Shown here one piece after another: positions 58,209-60,208 of a DNA stretch of 60,208 nucleotides. How positions within the stretch are numbered: position 1 is the first letter of the stretch; every line of letters begins with the position of its first letter. The notes beneath the pieces were generated by a model. That model was not told the DNA's origin. It ran no database searches and worked only from the letters and a program-made list of their open reading frames with translations. The stretch is from Patescibacteria group bacterium (GTDB lineage Bacteria > Patescibacteriota > Minisyncoccia > UBA6257 > HR35), in contig JAUQOT010000001.1 of assembly GCA_030550735.1 (NCBI GenBank), positions 1 through 60,208 of the forward strand, read 5' to 3'. The position numbers and the translations under genes are program-made.

Positions 58209-60208
58209 TTAACAACTTGTGGTTTCACCGCAATTCAAACAAGTAAAACAAGTTCCTGTTCTAATTGTAAGACCACCACAATGAACACATGGTGGTCCAT
58301 GTTTTTCAGAAAAGTTAACACCCTTTCCCGAATCAGTTTTTATCTCAAATAATTTAGGATGAATTCTTAAATGTTCTTCGGAAGTAGGTTTAAGACCTAA
58401 GTCTTCTAATTCTTCAGTTGGAAGAAATCTATAAGCGAGATATTTAAAAATATAATCAATAATTGAAGTTGCCACTCTTATTTTTTCATTATTGGTAATC
58501 CCCATAGGTTCAAAACGCATATTTATAAATTTACTTGCCAATTCTTTTAAGGGAACACCGTATTGAAGAGCAATAGAAATTGAAATAGCAAAAGCATCTA
58601 AAAGTCCCGCTAAAGTACTTCCTTGTTTCGACATTCTAATAAAAATCTCTCCCAAAGATCCATCTTCAAAAGTGCTATAAGTTAAATAACCCTCATAACC
58701 GGCAATAGAGAATTTGTGGGTTTCTGATGGTCTAATATCTGGTAATTTTTTTCTTCCTAATTTTTGTTGATGAGATTTCTTTGGTGAAGTAAATAATGCT
58801 TGAGTTGCTTTTGAACCGTCTCGATAAATAGCAAAACATTTAATGCCAAGTTTCCAAGCTTGAATAAATGCATTATAAACATCTTCTATAGTTGCTGAAT
58901 TTGGCATATTAAATGTCTTGGAAATAGCTCCAGAAAGAAATGGTTGAACAGCAGCAACCATTTTGATGTGGCCATCTAAGGAAATAAACCTTTTTCCTCC
59001 TGGTGCTGGAACAGAAGTATCAAAAATTGGTAAATGCTCTTCTTTTAAGTGTGGTGCGGTTTCAATATTTTGAGTTTCTTCTAAATGTTTAACAATATCA
59101 TTAATTTCTTTTTCAGAATAACCAAGTTTTTTAAGAGCCAAAGGAACAGTGTTATTTACAATCTTCATCCAACCACCACCAACAAGCTGTTTCATTTTAA
59201 CTAAAGCAAAATCAGGCTCAATTCCTGTTGTATCACAGTCCATCATAAAAGAAATAGTCCCCGTAGGAGCCAAAAGGCTTGCTTGAGCATTTCTAAAACC
59301 AAACTTTTCTCCTCTCTCAATTACTTCATCCCAAGTTTTATTTGCTTCTTCTAAAATTTTCTCAGCAACTTTTAAGTTAGAGTTCGTCAACTCTGTTTTT
59401 CCAACTTCATAACTTTCATTTCGATGCATTTTTATAACTTCAAGCATTGGTTCTTTATTTTTCTCATATTCAGGAAATGGTCCTAAAATTTCAGAGATCT
59501 CAATTGAAGTTTTATAAGCTTCAGCAGTCATAAGTGAGGTTATACTTGCTGCTAAATATCTTGCTTCATTTGAGTCATAAGGAAGACCTAAAGCCATAAT
59601 TAAAGCACCAAGATTCGTATAACCTAAGCCAATTGTTCTGTATTTTTTAGTTTCTTCAGCAATTTTTGGATGAGGGTAATCTGCGGGTGAAATTAAAATA
59701 TCTTGAGAAAGAAAAATTACTCTTACTGTATGCTTAAAGGCTTCAATATCGAAATTTCCATCATCTTTTAAAAATTTCATCAAATTAATTGAGGCAAGAT
59801 TACATGAAGTCCAGTTAAGGAAGTTATATTCCGAACAAGGGTTAGTTGCAACAATCTCACCTGAATTTTTACAAGTATGCCATTTATTTATAGTGTCGTG
59901 AAATTGAATTCCAGGGTCACCACATTCCCAAGCTGCCTTTGCTGCTTCCCATAAAATATCTTTTGCTTTATAAGTTTTTGCTGGTTTTTTTGTAGTTCGA
60001 TAATAAGTCGTCCATTCCTTATCTTCAAGAACTGCTTTCATAAATTCATCAGTTACTCTTATTGAATTATTTGCATTTTGAAAAAAGATGTTTTGCCACA
60101 AAGGATTATTTAAATCAGTCATATCATAACCAGCTTCCATTAGAGCTCTTACTTTATTTTCTTCTTCAGCTTTTACTCTTATAAAATCCATAATCTCTGG
60201 ATGGTCAA
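58209..60208 (-). CDS. nrdJ: Class II (adenosylcobalamin-dependent) ribonucleotide reductase, N-terminus outside the window
   Basis: TNPCSEYNFLNWTSCNLASINL (active-site Cys loop) and a C-terminal zinc ribbon CVHCGG...CFTCLNCG. The frame stays open upstream of the track Met (..DHPEIMDFIRVK), so the gene continues past 60208. Confidence 0.85.
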   Translation of the reverse strand, partial: DHPEIMDFIRVKAEEENKVRALMEAGYDMTDLNNPLWQNIFFQNANNSIRVTDEFMKAVLEDKEWTTYYRTTKKPAKTYKAKDILWEAAKAAWECGDPGIQFHDTINKWHTCKNSGEIVATNPCSEYNFLNWTSCNLASINLMKFLKDDGNFDIEAFKHTVRVIFLSQDILISPADYPHPKIAEETKKYRTIGLGYTNLGALIMALGLPYDSNEARYLAASITSLMTAEAYKTSIEISEILGPFPEYEKNKEPMLEVIKMHRNESYEVGKTELTNSNLKVAEKILEEANKTWDEVIERGEKFGFRNAQASLLAPTGTISFMMDCDTTGIEPDFALVKMKQLVGGGWMKIVNNTVPLALKKLGYSEKEINDIVKHLEETQNIETAPHLKEEHLPIFDTSVPAPGGKRFISLDGHIKMVAAVQPFLSGAISKTFNMPNSATIEDVYNAFIQAWKLGIKCFAIYRDGSKATQALFTSPKKSHQQKLGRKKLPDIRPSETHKFSIAGYEGYLTYSTFEDGSLGEIFIRMSKQGSTLAGLLDAFAISISIALQYGVPLKELASKFINMRFEPMGITNNEKIRVATSIIDYIFKYLAYRFLPTEELEDLGLKPTSEEHLRIHPKLFEIKTDSGKGVNFSEKHGPPCVHCGGLTIRTGTCFTCLNCGETTSC

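Overview
Strongly AT-rich, very gene-dense chromosomal core segment of about 80 genes. Most neighbouring genes touch or overlap by ATGA/TAATG, and the code is standard (TGA/TAA/TAG all act as stops). Four hallmarks suggest a small-genome Candidate Phyla Radiation / Patescibacteria-like bacterium: a tuf-S10-spc-secY-adk operon with no rpmD (L30), a solitary 16S rRNA not linked to 23S/5S, substitutions in normally universal 16S sites, and type IV pilus genes alongside domain-trimmed housekeeping enzymes. Contents in order: partial pilB plus a pilin, then a DsbA-like/glutaredoxin-like/TrxB operon. Next come rplS, Ctp protease, recO, a repeat-containing surface protein, glyQS, tRNA-Val, a stand-alone receiver protein and the 16S rRNA. 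These are followed by aspS, ftsA-like, rpsU, HIT, hisS, lepB, tsaD, murA-mraY-dac, a KH protein, tRNA-Thr and a long ThyX-like gene. Then mrdA-mreD-mreC-mreB, proS, rseP, frr, holB, a second mreB, a degenerate priA, and the 28-gene tuf-to-adk ribosomal operon. The window ends with thrS, dtd, lepA, a DksA-like gene, pnp, a NYN protein, rpsO, xerC/D, cysS, and a 5'-truncated class II ribonucleotide reductase. I found no CRISPR array, transposon, prophage or recognisable defence island, so this is mostly ordinary core genome. The observations most worth a second look are: (1) the 16S 3' tail lacks the CCUCC anti-Shine-Dalgarno core and the genes lack SD motifs; (2) a PriA homologue keeps its fold landmarks and zinc cluster but has lost every ATPase motif; (3) head-to-head gene pairs share a palindromic CATG as both start codons; (4) a receiver-domain CDS sits between 16S and tRNA-Val with its stop codon inside the tRNA; (5) a NYN nuclease gene is inserted in the classical rpsO-pnp operon. 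All calls rest on motif recognition by eye. No database search was possible.
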